From the NCBI GenBank assembly GCA_964489065.1, contig CAZAXH010000004.1, positions 15,181-79,180 on the forward strand: DNA of 64,000 nucleotides. The letters run 5' to 3'. Under the pieces are notes generated by a model. That model was given only the letters and a program-made list of their open reading frames with translations, had not been told where the DNA came from and made no database searches. The translations under genes were made by a program, and so were the position numbers. Origin of the DNA: an uncultured Planctomycetales bacterium. GTDB taxonomy: Bacteria; Omnitrophota; Gorgyraeia; Zapsychrales; JANLHA01. This document shows positions 17,519 through 26,665 of this stretch, in pieces (the stretch's first letter is position 1; each line of letters opens with the position of its first letter).

Positions 17519-18208
17519 TTAGTACCCCACTTTCAGGTCTTTATAAAAAGTTTCCGCGCTGGACATGGAATTATCCGAATCCGTCATTAAAGCGATGGCC
17601 CCGACAGTCCGGGGAGGCCGCCGGCCAAAGGCCCGCTGGTAATCTTTATAAATATTACGTTCTTCTGGAACCCAGCGGTCAAGGTTTTCCCGCCCTGACT
17701 CCACGACGACAAGTTTTATGTTTTTTGAAAAAGGGCTGGGCAGGATAGTCCCTTCCGGATGGGCTTCGTCCCAAACATATTCCAGGCTTTGAATCCGGGA
17801 AATATTCCAACTCAAGAAAATCACATAAACCCGGGCGGCGTAATCGTCTTGTTCGACCCATCCGCCTTTGGTTGTATCCTTTATTTTTTTATCCGGGAAG
17901 GTCTTAACTCGCCATTGCCAGCTTATCATCGGGTAACGGCAAATGTCCAGTTTAATCCTGTGAATTAATCCCGAGCTGGCGCTAAGACTGTGGGCCTGCA
18001 AAAACCCCTCCCCATGCCCGGTACTTTCGATGGAATAAAGGACCTTGCCCCGAAAAATTTTTTCCTGCCATTCATCGAGGGCTCTCTGATCGCTGAAAGG
18101 GAACCTTTTAGGAAGATTATAAGCGCTGGCGTTTAAAAAGACCCCCATCCCAAAGAAACCAGCCAACAAACTTATACCGACTATTTTATCAAACTTTATT
18201 TTGCTCAT
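17519..18208 (-). CDS. Secreted DUF3047-like protein
   Basis: Signal peptide. About 230 aa. Weak resemblance to DUF3047. Tightly packed between the MCP gene and the HAMP-only gene. Confidence 0.4.
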   Translation of the reverse strand: MSKIKFDKIVGISLLAGFFGMGVFLNASAYNLPKRFPFSDQRALDEWQEKIFRGKVLYSIESTGHGEGFLQAHSLSASSGLIHRIKLDICRYPMISWQWRVKTFPDKKIKDTTKGGWVEQDDYAARVYVIFLSWNISRIQSLEYVWDEAHPEGTILPSPFSKNIKLVVVESGRENLDRWVPEERNIYKDYQRAFGRRPPRTVGAIALMTDSDNSMSSAETFYKDLKVGY

Positions 18209-18220
18209 AATCCCCTCCTC

Positions 18221-19711
18221 TCATCCAGAATTTTCAACAACAGCCGCTTCCCGCAACCCGTTAGGAGGCGGCAAAGGATCATCGGATGAGATCCTGAATT
18301 GGTCCACCAGTGTCTTCAGGACGTTCGCCTGCAAAAAGATAACATTGGACAAATTCGCCAACCCCTGGCAGGTATTCGTATTGGATTCCGTAACCGACGA
18401 AACCTGCTCCACCGTCACCGCCTGCTGCTGAGTGGCTTCGGAAATAGATTGGATTTGCTGAGCGACTTTCGTCGTATTGTCCAGGATAAAACGGAGATGC
18501 TCGCCTGCGTTCTTTACCAAACTAACGCCATCGACAACCTGCTTATTATTTTCCTGGATCAGCGCCCTGATCTGCTTGGCCGCCGAAGCGCTGCGTTCGG
18601 CGAGTTTCCGGACCTCATCCGCGACGACCGCAAACCCCCGGCCGTGAACCTGGGCGCGAGCCGCTTCAATGGCTGCGTTTAAAGCCAATAAATTAGTCTG
18701 TTCCGCAATCTCGGTAATGATATTGACCGCCGCTGAAATCTGTTTAGAGCTTGCTTCAATCGCCCCCATCGCCTTAATCACCCGCTCCATATCATAGCCG
18801 GCTTTCTGGGCTTCCTGCAAACTCTCCTGGGCCTTGGTATTCGCAGAAAATGCATTATCGGCGTTGCTCTGGAAAGACGTAGATATCTGGGAATAGCCGG
18901 CCGCCTGTTCCTCCGCCCCGACGGAAATCTGCTGCGTGTGCGCCCGGATTTCTTCGGTGGAATCAACAAACTTTCGGGTCGTCTCTCTGATCTCTGTAAT
19001 GATAGCCGATATCTTTGCCACAAAGGTGTTAAACCCTTCCATGACCCGGTCAAGCTCATCCTTCTTATCCCCGGACTTGGTTGCGGCTGGGATCCGCACC
19101 CATAAATCCCCCGCCGCAACCCTCTTTAAACTGTCAGCCAACAGAGAAAGGCGGCGGAGGATCAGATCCCGGATCATGGTTAAAAGGAAAAAGCTGACCA
19201 TGACCCCCTCAAGGAATAAGGCCAAAATCAACCCCAACAAAAGACGTTTTCTGGCCTGCAAAAACTTAAACTCCATATCTACCATGGTATTTCGGTTCAG
19301 CCTAAGACAAACAGAACCCAGGGTCACCCCCTGATAGATAATCGGAGAACGGTATTCTTTGAAAAAAGACTGGCCTTCCTTCCCCGGGATATCTGTCAGC
19401 GGCTTCCCATTCTTGTCAAAATACTCCACGCGGTCGATAGACGGGTCCTTCAAGGCTTCCTCGACATAAACGGCCAGCAAATCATAATCAAAATTCAAAA
19501 TCGGCATAACGGCTGTTCGCGAAAAAAACTGCAAAAAATATTCTCCTCGTTTTTCCAGGCGGGCATAAGCATCCTGAACCATAATCTCTAACGTCATTTG
19601 CTGAATCATAAAAACGAATATCGCAAAAACCGCTATCCCTAAAAAAACAATACTGAGGGTTCGGCCAACGAATTTTTCCCAAAATACCGAAATATCCTTT
19701 TGAACAAACAT
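18221..19711 (-). CDS. Methyl-accepting chemotaxis protein
   Basis: N-terminal TM-bounded sensor region. HAMP. Conserved MCP signalling hairpin ([33 protein letters not shown]). Confidence 0.9.
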   Translation of the reverse strand: MFVQKDISVFWEKFVGRTLSIVFLGIAVFAIFVFMIQQMTLEIMVQDAYARLEKRGEYFLQFFSRTAVMPILNFDYDLLAVYVEEALKDPSIDRVEYFDKNGKPLTDIPGKEGQSFFKEYRSPIIYQGVTLGSVCLRLNRNTMVDMEFKFLQARKRLLLGLILALFLEGVMVSFFLLTMIRDLILRRLSLLADSLKRVAAGDLWVRIPAATKSGDKKDELDRVMEGFNTFVAKISAIITEIRETTRKFVDSTEEIRAHTQQISVGAEEQAAGYSQISTSFQSNADNAFSANTKAQESLQEAQKAGYDMERVIKAMGAIEASSKQISAAVNIITEIAEQTNLLALNAAIEAARAQVHGRGFAVVADEVRKLAERSASAAKQIRALIQENNKQVVDGVSLVKNAGEHLRFILDNTTKVAQQIQSISEATQQQAVTVEQVSSVTESNTNTCQGLANLSNVIFLQANVLKTLVDQFRISSDDPLPPPNGLREAAVVENSG

Positions 19712-19743
19712 CTTATCTTGAACCCTCTTTATAAAAAAATATT

Positions 19744-20619
19744 TTACTGACTGCGTTCTTTAAGAAAATACAAGGAACTCTCCTTATTTAAAGACTCCTT
19801 GACCCTATCGCCAATCGTAGGATTAATAGCGCCCTTTCCCAAAAAGAAATAATGCTCATAACCGTAATATTCCAGGTAATACTGTAACCAGCGGACCTGC
19901 TTGCCGACATTATCATGCATCAACAAAAGCTTGTCTTTAAATTCCCCCGCTTTCAAAAGAGGCAGGAGCCGATCTAAAGGAATATTCCGTAACAACGGGA
20001 TATCCGGGATTACATCCCGCTGAATGGGATCGCGGATATCAATCACCATACTATTTTCTTCCTGCGCTTTTAAAAGGAAAACATCAAAATCGTCAATGAT
20101 CTTGGCCCGGAAACTTTCTTCAGAAATAATTTTCTCCACCGGGACAGGGGTTTCCCCCATCAAAATGCCTCTTTCAGGATACGCTTTGATCCATTCAAAA
20201 ATCCCTGTATCATAAACATAACACTGCTTAAAACCATTCTCTTGAGCCCGCTTAACAGCGTCGTAACTCTTCGGGCAAGTTGTTCCATTGCAATAAAAAA
20301 CAATTTTTTTAAACGAGTCTTTCGCCCTAAGATTTTCCAGCTCGACAAGAAAGGATTCCAAGGCAATGGGGACGTGAACCGCTTTTGCGATGCTCACAAC
20401 GTCATATTCGAAATTTGAACGCACATCCACGATGATCACATTTTCATATTCCGCAGCCAAATCCTCCATGCTGATAAAAGGTACTTCGGGATACGCCTCC
20501 CGCAAAGGAAATTTCCCCTCCTCTTCAGAAGCCGCCACAGGAAAACTGGCCACCAAGCACACACCTAAAACCAAAAATCGCGCGACGGAATTCAAGAAAC
20601 TCATATTTCCCTTTTTCAT
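19744..20619 (-). CDS. Secreted tandem rhodanese-domain protein
   Basis: Two rhodanese-like segments ([13 protein letters not shown]...[14 protein letters not shown], and a second MVIDIRDP... domain). Signal peptide. Start ambiguous between MKKGNMSF and MSF. Confidence 0.65.
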   Translation of the reverse strand: MKKGNMSFLNSVARFLVLGVCLVASFPVAASEEEGKFPLREAYPEVPFISMEDLAAEYENVIIVDVRSNFEYDVVSIAKAVHVPIALESFLVELENLRAKDSFKKIVFYCNGTTCPKSYDAVKRAQENGFKQCYVYDTGIFEWIKAYPERGILMGETPVPVEKIISEESFRAKIIDDFDVFLLKAQEENSMVIDIRDPIQRDVIPDIPLLRNIPLDRLLPLLKAGEFKDKLLLMHDNVGKQVRWLQYYLEYYGYEHYFFLGKGAINPTIGDRVKESLNKESSLYFLKERSQ

Positions 20620-20831
20620 AAATTTAAACATCAAAAATATCACTTTTTTTCATTATGCCATAACTGCTAGTCAGTACAATATTTATCTTAAATAATTTTT
20701 ATTTCTCCCCCCGTTTTTTCGCCGAAACACCCCCTCATATCGGCTCATCGACAGCGTTGCTTATCCCCCCAACAGAAAACATCTGTGCAATGTATTGACC
20801 CATAACCCTTCCTCGTCTATAATTCATTTCA

Positions 20832-22442
20832 ATGAATATTTTATATATAAATTTTTTAGTGATTATCGGCGAACTGGGATTCCTGTGCCTCGCTGGATTA
20901 CTTATAAAAATTTTTTTCCGCGGGGTTATAAGAATTTGCGTTAATCTCCCGGCCTTCAAAAAAGCCCAGGGATCTTTTCACACCGTTGAACGAAAGGGAA
21001 TACGTTTTCTGCAGGCCATTCTTTTCTGCGCGGCGGGAGGGATATTGCTTACAAACGGGGTGCTCGTTTATTTGCAGAAAGACCTGCTGGCCCTTCTCCA
21101 AACCTGGCTATCGCATGTCTCTCCGCGTTTTTGGACTGATATTATCCTGGGAGCGGTGAAATCCCTGCTTTTAGCCGCTGTGGTGAATTACAGCATCCAG
21201 AAAATTCACGCCTTATTGATGGTCGGGATGGATCGCGCGAAAGCTTATGAACAAATCAAAACCAATGATGAAAGCATTGAACTGGCCTTCCGGAGTCTGG
21301 ACACCATCCAGCAAAAAGCCCTCTGGATAGGATACGCCTATACAACGGCCCGTTTCCTTTTGCTCCCGGATATCATAGGAGCGTCCCTTTTGATCGTCCT
21401 TAAAATTTACCTTTACATCTCCCTGGGGCTTTTGATTGTGAAAGCCGTCACAGCCGTCATCGACAGCCTGGATGCCCTAAGCGTGAAGTACCAAAAAGAA
21501 GATAACCTTTTGCGATATTATGACCACCTGCGATGTCTCGTCCCTCTTTTGCGCCGGTGCCTGGAATACATCATTTACATCGTCGTTGCCACGCTCGTTT
21601 CAATGCAGGTGGAATTCATTGCCCGGTTTGCGCAATACGGCCCCCGGGCGATTCAGGCGATCGGGATTTTCTTCCTGAGCCGGGTCGCGGTCGAGGTGGT
21701 TTACCTTCTTATAGACAATTTTATCTTAAAAACAAAAGATATCTCCGGGGAAGTCCTTCAACGGCACCTCACCCTTATCCCGCTGATTAAAAGCTTGTTC
21801 AAATATATTATTTATTTTATAGCCTTTGTCTTGGTTCTCAAGGCCTTTCAGATGAATCCGACTCCCATCCTCGCCGGAGCGGGAATAGTCGGCGTCGTGG
21901 TGGGGCTGGGAGCACAGCCGCTGATCAACGACCTGGTGTCCGGGTTTTTTATCATCTTTGAAAACCTGTTTCTAGTCGGCGATTATATAGAAACCGGCAG
22001 CGCCAGCGGAATCGTGGAAGCGATTGACATCAGGACAACCCGGCTGCGGCACGTGAATGGCCAGTTGTATATACTACGCAACGGGCAAATTAACGAAATC
22101 GTGAATTACAGCAAAAAATATATTTATGCGGTTGTCGAAGTGGGCGTGGCCTACGATTCCGACCTCAACCAGGTCTATGCGACACTGGAAGAAGTGGGCA
22201 AACAATTAACGGCTCAAAACCCGAATGTTCTGGAACCCACCCGGGTCAGCGGGCTTAAAAATTTTGGGGAATCAGAACTCACGATCCGAACGGTTACGAA
22301 AGTAAAGCCCGGACACCATTTGACGGTTGCTTACGACCTGCGCAAACGCATCAAAGAAGCCTTTGATCGCCATCATATTGAAATCCCCTTCCCCCGGCGA
22401 GTCGTTATCCTGAAAAACGAAGACACTCCCCCGCCTGCTTAA
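20832..22442 (+). CDS. MscS-family mechanosensitive channel with an extended N-terminal TM domain
   Basis: MscS core (GVVVGLGAQPLINDLVSGFFIIFENLFLVGDYIE...GIVEAIDIRTTRLRHVNGQLYILRNGQI). Confidence 0.85.
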   Translation: MNILYINFLVIIGELGFLCLAGLLIKIFFRGVIRICVNLPAFKKAQGSFHTVERKGIRFLQAILFCAAGGILLTNGVLVYLQKDLLALLQTWLSHVSPRFWTDIILGAVKSLLLAAVVNYSIQKIHALLMVGMDRAKAYEQIKTNDESIELAFRSLDTIQQKALWIGYAYTTARFLLLPDIIGASLLIVLKIYLYISLGLLIVKAVTAVIDSLDALSVKYQKEDNLLRYYDHLRCLVPLLRRCLEYIIYIVVATLVSMQVEFIARFAQYGPRAIQAIGIFFLSRVAVEVVYLLIDNFILKTKDISGEVLQRHLTLIPLIKSLFKYIIYFIAFVLVLKAFQMNPTPILAGAGIVGVVVGLGAQPLINDLVSGFFIIFENLFLVGDYIETGSASGIVEAIDIRTTRLRHVNGQLYILRNGQINEIVNYSKKYIYAVVEVGVAYDSDLNQVYATLEEVGKQLTAQNPNVLEPTRVSGLKNFGESELTIRTVTKVKPGHHLTVAYDLRKRIKEAFDRHHIEIPFPRRVVILKNEDTPPPA

Positions 22443-22500
22443 AAATACCGGGGCCCCAAGTCCCCATGTGACTGCGGGCCCCGCAAAAATCCGAGTCCCG

Positions 22501-22875
22501 TCAGGGGATTTCAGCCAGTTCCTGCTGTGCTTGCTCTACCCAAAATCCGCTTTGGTAACGCTCAATCAGGGCCTGAAAAGAAGCCCTGGCTTCCGTAAAA
22601 TTATTCATATGCCGGTAACACTGCCCCAGGCGGAATAATATCACTTCGTGTAACCGGCTGTTCGGCTGCTCCCGAAGGTAAGTCTGATAATGCTGCGCCG
22701 CCTCCTCATAACGGCCCCTTTCAAACAGGTCTTTGGCTTTCAGGTAATCATCCGTCCGAGGGGAGGAATACTGGGCGGAAGAACAACCAGTAGAGAAAAG
22801 CAACAAAGCCATCCCCAAGACCGAAAGAGCCAACAGGTCCGTAAACTTATTGCGGAAAACATGAGATTTGATCAT
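22501..22875 (-). CDS. TPR-repeat lipoprotein
   Basis: Lipobox-like LFSTGC. Two or three TPR-like repeats (AKDLFERGRYEEAAQHYQTYL...). Confidence 0.55.
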   Translation of the reverse strand: MIKSHVFRNKFTDLLALSVLGMALLLFSTGCSSAQYSSPRTDDYLKAKDLFERGRYEEAAQHYQTYLREQPNSRLHEVILFRLGQCYRHMNNFTEARASFQALIERYQSGFWVEQAQQELAEIP

Positions 22876-23100
22876 TTTCTGGTCCCCTCGTTTTAAATTT
22901 TATGTCTGTCTTTAGCGCACCCACAATGAAGTAGTCTCATGCATAATTTTTTAATTTACCATCGTTACCCTTTCTGTCAAATAGTCTACGGGACAAAAAA
23001 GGACTGCCGACTGTTTTAACCGCACGGGCCTCAAAAAAAATCTCCCGCGATGTCCTTGTCCTCGACCCCGGGTAGGAAAACCCCCGTGCCACGTAAAGGA

Positions 23101-23631
23101 TCAAATGGTTTCCGGCTCAAAATGTTCTTTCGCATGCTGGCAACAAGGGCATTTCACCGGCGGCTCCGTCCCTTCGTGGATATACCCGCAGACACTGCAT
23201 TTCCACTGGATAGAAGTAGACCGGGAATACACGGTACCATCTTCCACCATCTTCAACAATTTCTTATACCTCTCGGCGTGCTCCTGCTCGACTCGGGCGA
23301 TCTGCTTAAAAAGCCACGCCACGTCTTTGTGCCCTTCCGCTTCCGCATCTTTGGCAAACTCCGGATACATCGTCATCGTTTCATACAGTTCCCCTTCCAT
23401 CGCCGCCTTAAGGTTCTCTTTCGTGTTGCCGATACCATTCATAAGCTTAAACTCATCTTTGGCGTGACTTAACTCATTCTGCGCGGTCTCTTCAAAAATC
23501 TTCGCGATGTAAAGATAGCCTTCTTTCCTGGCCACTTGGGCGAAATACGTGTACTTATTACGGGCCTGTGATTCCCCGGCAAATGCCGTTTTTAAATTTT
23601 GTTGAGTCCTGGGACCTAGCGGTTGGCTCAT
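23101..23631 (-). CDS. rbr: Rubrerythrin with C-terminal rubredoxin-like domain
   Basis: Di-iron ExxH motifs in the four-helix bundle. C-terminal CSVCGY...CPCCQ (two CxxC pairs). Confidence 0.9.
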   Translation of the reverse strand: MSQPLGPRTQQNLKTAFAGESQARNKYTYFAQVARKEGYLYIAKIFEETAQNELSHAKDEFKLMNGIGNTKENLKAAMEGELYETMTMYPEFAKDAEAEGHKDVAWLFKQIARVEQEHAERYKKLLKMVEDGTVYSRSTSIQWKCSVCGYIHEGTEPPVKCPCCQHAKEHFEPETI

Positions 23632-23784
23632 AATCTTCCCTCCCTTGGGTTTTGGAATACTTTTTGGACGTCATTATAATAGAAAACATCGGGTTAGAGC
23701 AAGAAGAAGATCAGGCCGTCCCCAAAACCCGGAAGGAGAAAGCAATCCGCCTTCTCCCCATCCCCGGCCATTGGCACTCCCAAC

Positions 23785-24177
23785 TTATTCACCACAATAA
23801 GATTCGTATTCCCAATGCCCTCCATTCTCAACTTTATATCGGATAAAATGCGCTTCCACAATGACCCGTCCACGGGATTCATCATACTCTTCATGTTCCG
23901 GGATGTATCTTCTTTCCCATCTATAATGCGGCACCCAAACCTTTCTCGAACAATCCCTTCGCCGTGCCATCGGCCGGGGGTAGTCAGCCCTACGGACCTC
24001 ATGCCGGCCTGTCCCCGTAAGAGTTCCAATCACATCAATCTCTCCTCGCGACAACACCCGCAACCCCTCGATGACCGTCAACGCTTTCCCGGCGTCATCC
24101 CAATGACTAGCAAATCCAGACGCGGGACACACCAAAAACAATGTCAGGAATAAAACACTTGTTATAATTTTCTTCAT
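23785..24177 (-). CDS. Secreted hypothetical protein (about 130 aa)
   Basis: Start reassigned to MKKIITSV with an AGGAGGTG RBS. Signal peptide. No recognisable family. Confidence 0.4.
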   Translation of the reverse strand: MKKIITSVLFLTLFLVCPASGFASHWDDAGKALTVIEGLRVLSRGEIDVIGTLTGTGRHEVRRADYPRPMARRRDCSRKVWVPHYRWERRYIPEHEEYDESRGRVIVEAHFIRYKVENGGHWEYESYCGE

Positions 24178-24344
24178 ATCCACCTCCTGTCCTGAACGTT
24201 TATAGAAACGCCCTTTATCCATTCCCTTAGACAACAGGAGGTGCAAAAATGTTGCATAAAATTTTTAAAATAAGGAAACCGAAAGGCGCCGGGAGTATGA
24301 CTCTTTTACCACCTAGGCGAACAAATTGACGGTACAAAATTAAT

Positions 24345-24402
24345 CAAAGGTATAAACCCCAGAGCAAACTCGGGATTCCATTAACCGCAACAAGCTGCGG
24401 AG
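24345..24402 (+). repeat. Intergenic repeat element, copy A (twin-hairpin core only)
   Basis: caaaggtataaaccccagagcaaactcgggattccattaaccgcaacaagctgcggag. It shares the core with the copies at 33011 and 35348. Confidence 0.7.
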
Positions 24403-24446
24403 AGGGAAAGAAAAAAGAGGGGACATTAAAGAGGGAAACAAATTTG

Positions 24447-24866
24447 TCATGACTTCCAAAACAAGGTCAAAAACCAAAATAACACCCCCAGCATAAGACC
24501 AAAAACCGGGCCCAAAATCAGTCCCGCTTGAATGCCATAAGCGGCCGTACACGTCAACGCCCCGTTGACCGTTCCGACCAAAAGGCCGATCAACAGCCCA
24601 TACCACAGCCCCCACAAGGCGTTGCGCGTTTTAGACAACCGGGCTGACAATAAACAGCCGCCACAAAGGCCGCAGGCCCCTCCCCAAAGAAGCCCCCACA
24701 GGATCCAGAGAAGCATCGGCAGATCTCTTAAGAAGGGGACACGAATTCCCCCGCCATAACCATAATACCTCGCACCGGCGACCGTGAAATAAGCGCTCAA
24801 TAAACTGCACGAAACCAGGCTGAGCGCAACGATAACTTGATTCGCTTTGCTATAGGAGTTTTGCAT
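24447..24866 (-). CDS. Gly-rich small membrane protein, hypothetical. The start is uncertain and overlaps the upstream gene end.
   Basis: Hydrophobic Gly-zipper-like helices (GLLWGGACGLCGGCLL...). No motif. Confidence 0.3.
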   Translation of the reverse strand: MQNSYSKANQVIVALSLVSCSLLSAYFTVAGARYYGYGGGIRVPFLRDLPMLLWILWGLLWGGACGLCGGCLLSARLSKTRNALWGLWYGLLIGLLVGTVNGALTCTAAYGIQAGLILGPVFGLMLGVLFWFLTLFWKS

Positions 24867-25933
24867 GAGCAGTCCTCTCTCAGCAAGGTTTGTTGCGGCG
24901 CCTTTTCTGTAATGTCCTCAATCTTAAAACGCACGGGAATAATCGGGCTGAAAACAAGACTAAACACCACTTTTTGCATATTTTCCGATAACAGTTCGCT
25001 GTCCAAAATTAATTCCCCCCCACGCAGCGGTTGCTCCACGTCTAAAACAGCCACCACGCTATCTCCGGCAAGAAGAGCCGTTTTCTCACCGACATGACTC
25101 CCTGTCATCTCTTCTAAAACTTTCGCGTCCGCGTCTTTAAACTTCAAAATAAGGTCCCTTTTATTATACCCGGCGTCCCGGAAATCCGCCGTTTCCACGG
25201 CCCACACCGTTAGCCAAGGCTGTTTTTCCATCAGCAATTTCTGTTGATTAATTTCGATCCACTCATATTCAGAACTTGGGTTCTGCGTATTTTGCTGAAT
25301 GACAGCCGGGTCTGATTCAATGCCTTTGAAATAAAGGACCCCGGGAGAAGAAAACAGCATAACAAAATCCTCCGGATCAAACAGGCTGTTTATTCTGAGA
25401 GAGGCCCCATTCTGTTCCACGATCAAAGAATAATCCGCCTCCACGATGCCGGCAAACATAAGCCGCGCCTTGAGAAATTCCTCCAATTTTTGCAACGCAG
25501 TGGCAAGCCTGTCTCCCTTTTTTTCCTTTTCATCCAGGGTCATCCGCCAAGCCGAATTCCTGATCTTCCGTTCCAAGCTCTGGATAACGCGCTCCTCTTT
25601 AATAGGGATATCTCCGTACTCAAATTTAAAAGGAACCCCCCAAAGCACGCCGTTATTATACGTTGCCCGTTCGGCAAGCAGGCCGTTAGTATAATATTTC
25701 TTATTAATTCCGTGAAGTTTTCCGTCCTTATAAAAGGATTCCTCCCTTAGAAACCCGTTTTCATAATAAAACTTCGCCGGGCCGTTTAATTGGCCATCCT
25801 GATAATTGTATTCCGCTTTAATCTTCCCTGATTCATAATACTCTGTATAAATTCCGTTCCGGGGAACATCAGCGGACGTTAGCGTCACGGGAGCGGCGCA
25901 TATTAAAAGTCCTATTAATATAAGTTTGTTCAT
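24797..25933 (-). CDS. Secreted MORN/YwqK-repeat protein with an uncharacterised C-terminal domain
   Basis: Signal peptide. Four or more MORN-like repeats (YYESGKIKAEYNYQDGQLNGPAKFYYENG...). Confidence 0.65.
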   Translation of the reverse strand: MNKLILIGLLICAAPVTLTSADVPRNGIYTEYYESGKIKAEYNYQDGQLNGPAKFYYENGFLREESFYKDGKLHGINKKYYTNGLLAERATYNNGVLWGVPFKFEYGDIPIKEERVIQSLERKIRNSAWRMTLDEKEKKGDRLATALQKLEEFLKARLMFAGIVEADYSLIVEQNGASLRINSLFDPEDFVMLFSSPGVLYFKGIESDPAVIQQNTQNPSSEYEWIEINQQKLLMEKQPWLTVWAVETADFRDAGYNKRDLILKFKDADAKVLEEMTGSHVGEKTALLAGDSVVAVLDVEQPLRGGELILDSELLSENMQKVVFSLVFSPIIPVRFKIEDITEKAPQQTLLREDCSCKTPIAKRIKLSLRSAWFRAVY

Positions 25934-26246
25934 ATGATATATGGATAAAAAAAATCAACACATTCACGAGATATAAAGAAGGACAGCCCCCCGATTTTCT
26001 ACGGCTGCCCCCATAATGTCCAGTTATTATCAACGGATTTATTTAATCTCGCCGCCTTGAAAAGGAGACAAGAAATCAATAGCCATGATTAAGCTAACAT
26101 ACAACCTATTCCCATTCAAGCATTTTTGTTGTAATATAAAAGCTGGAGACGGGGCTTTTAAACGATTTTTTATTGCCTTCCGCTCCTCTCAATGATAATA
26201 TTCTCGAAATTAATTATACCGGGCGCAGACAAAAGGAGAAAAGCCA

Positions 26247-26653
26247 TGAAAATTTTTATCACCGCCTTGTGCATTCTGGGCCTATGTATAAACGTCCTTG
26301 CAGCAGAAGACATTGTTCTCAATGATCAGATAATGAGTAAATTCATAATCATATTTGCCCAATATAAAAAAATGGCAACAAAATATGGAGAAAACATTAA
26401 TAATATCAATGCGGTGCCCGCCAGCATGGATTTTCAAAATGAGCGAGACCAATTGCTGAAGACTCAGGGGTGGACTATGGAAGAATTTTCCCTGTTAATC
26501 CAGAAAATTGCCACAGGCATGACAGTCATCAAGCTAAGGGAAAACGAGTTGCCGGACATGTTCGCCGGCTTGCAACAGCTGTCCACCGCCTCGGAGGAAG
26601 AACTGGCGGTCATTGAAAAAAACCTCGCGCAGCTCGAGATGCTTTTCAGATAA
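26247..26653 (+). CDS. Secreted hypothetical protein
   Basis: Start reassigned to MKIFITALCILG (AAAAGGAG RBS). Signal peptide. It is 13 nt upstream of the AsmA-like gene. Confidence 0.45.
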
Positions 26654-26665
26654 CTATAAAGCCGG

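Noticed and set aside
22443-22500. GC-rich inverted repeat CGGGGCCC...GGGCCCCG between convergent MscS and TPR genes
   Set aside because: The 19-nt loop and absent T-run give poor terminator geometry. It is possibly just GC-rich spacer. Not listed as a feature.
23050-23472. Plus-strand ORFs (120-140 aa) opposite rubrerythrin
   Set aside because: Antisense to a complete rubrerythrin. No RBS.
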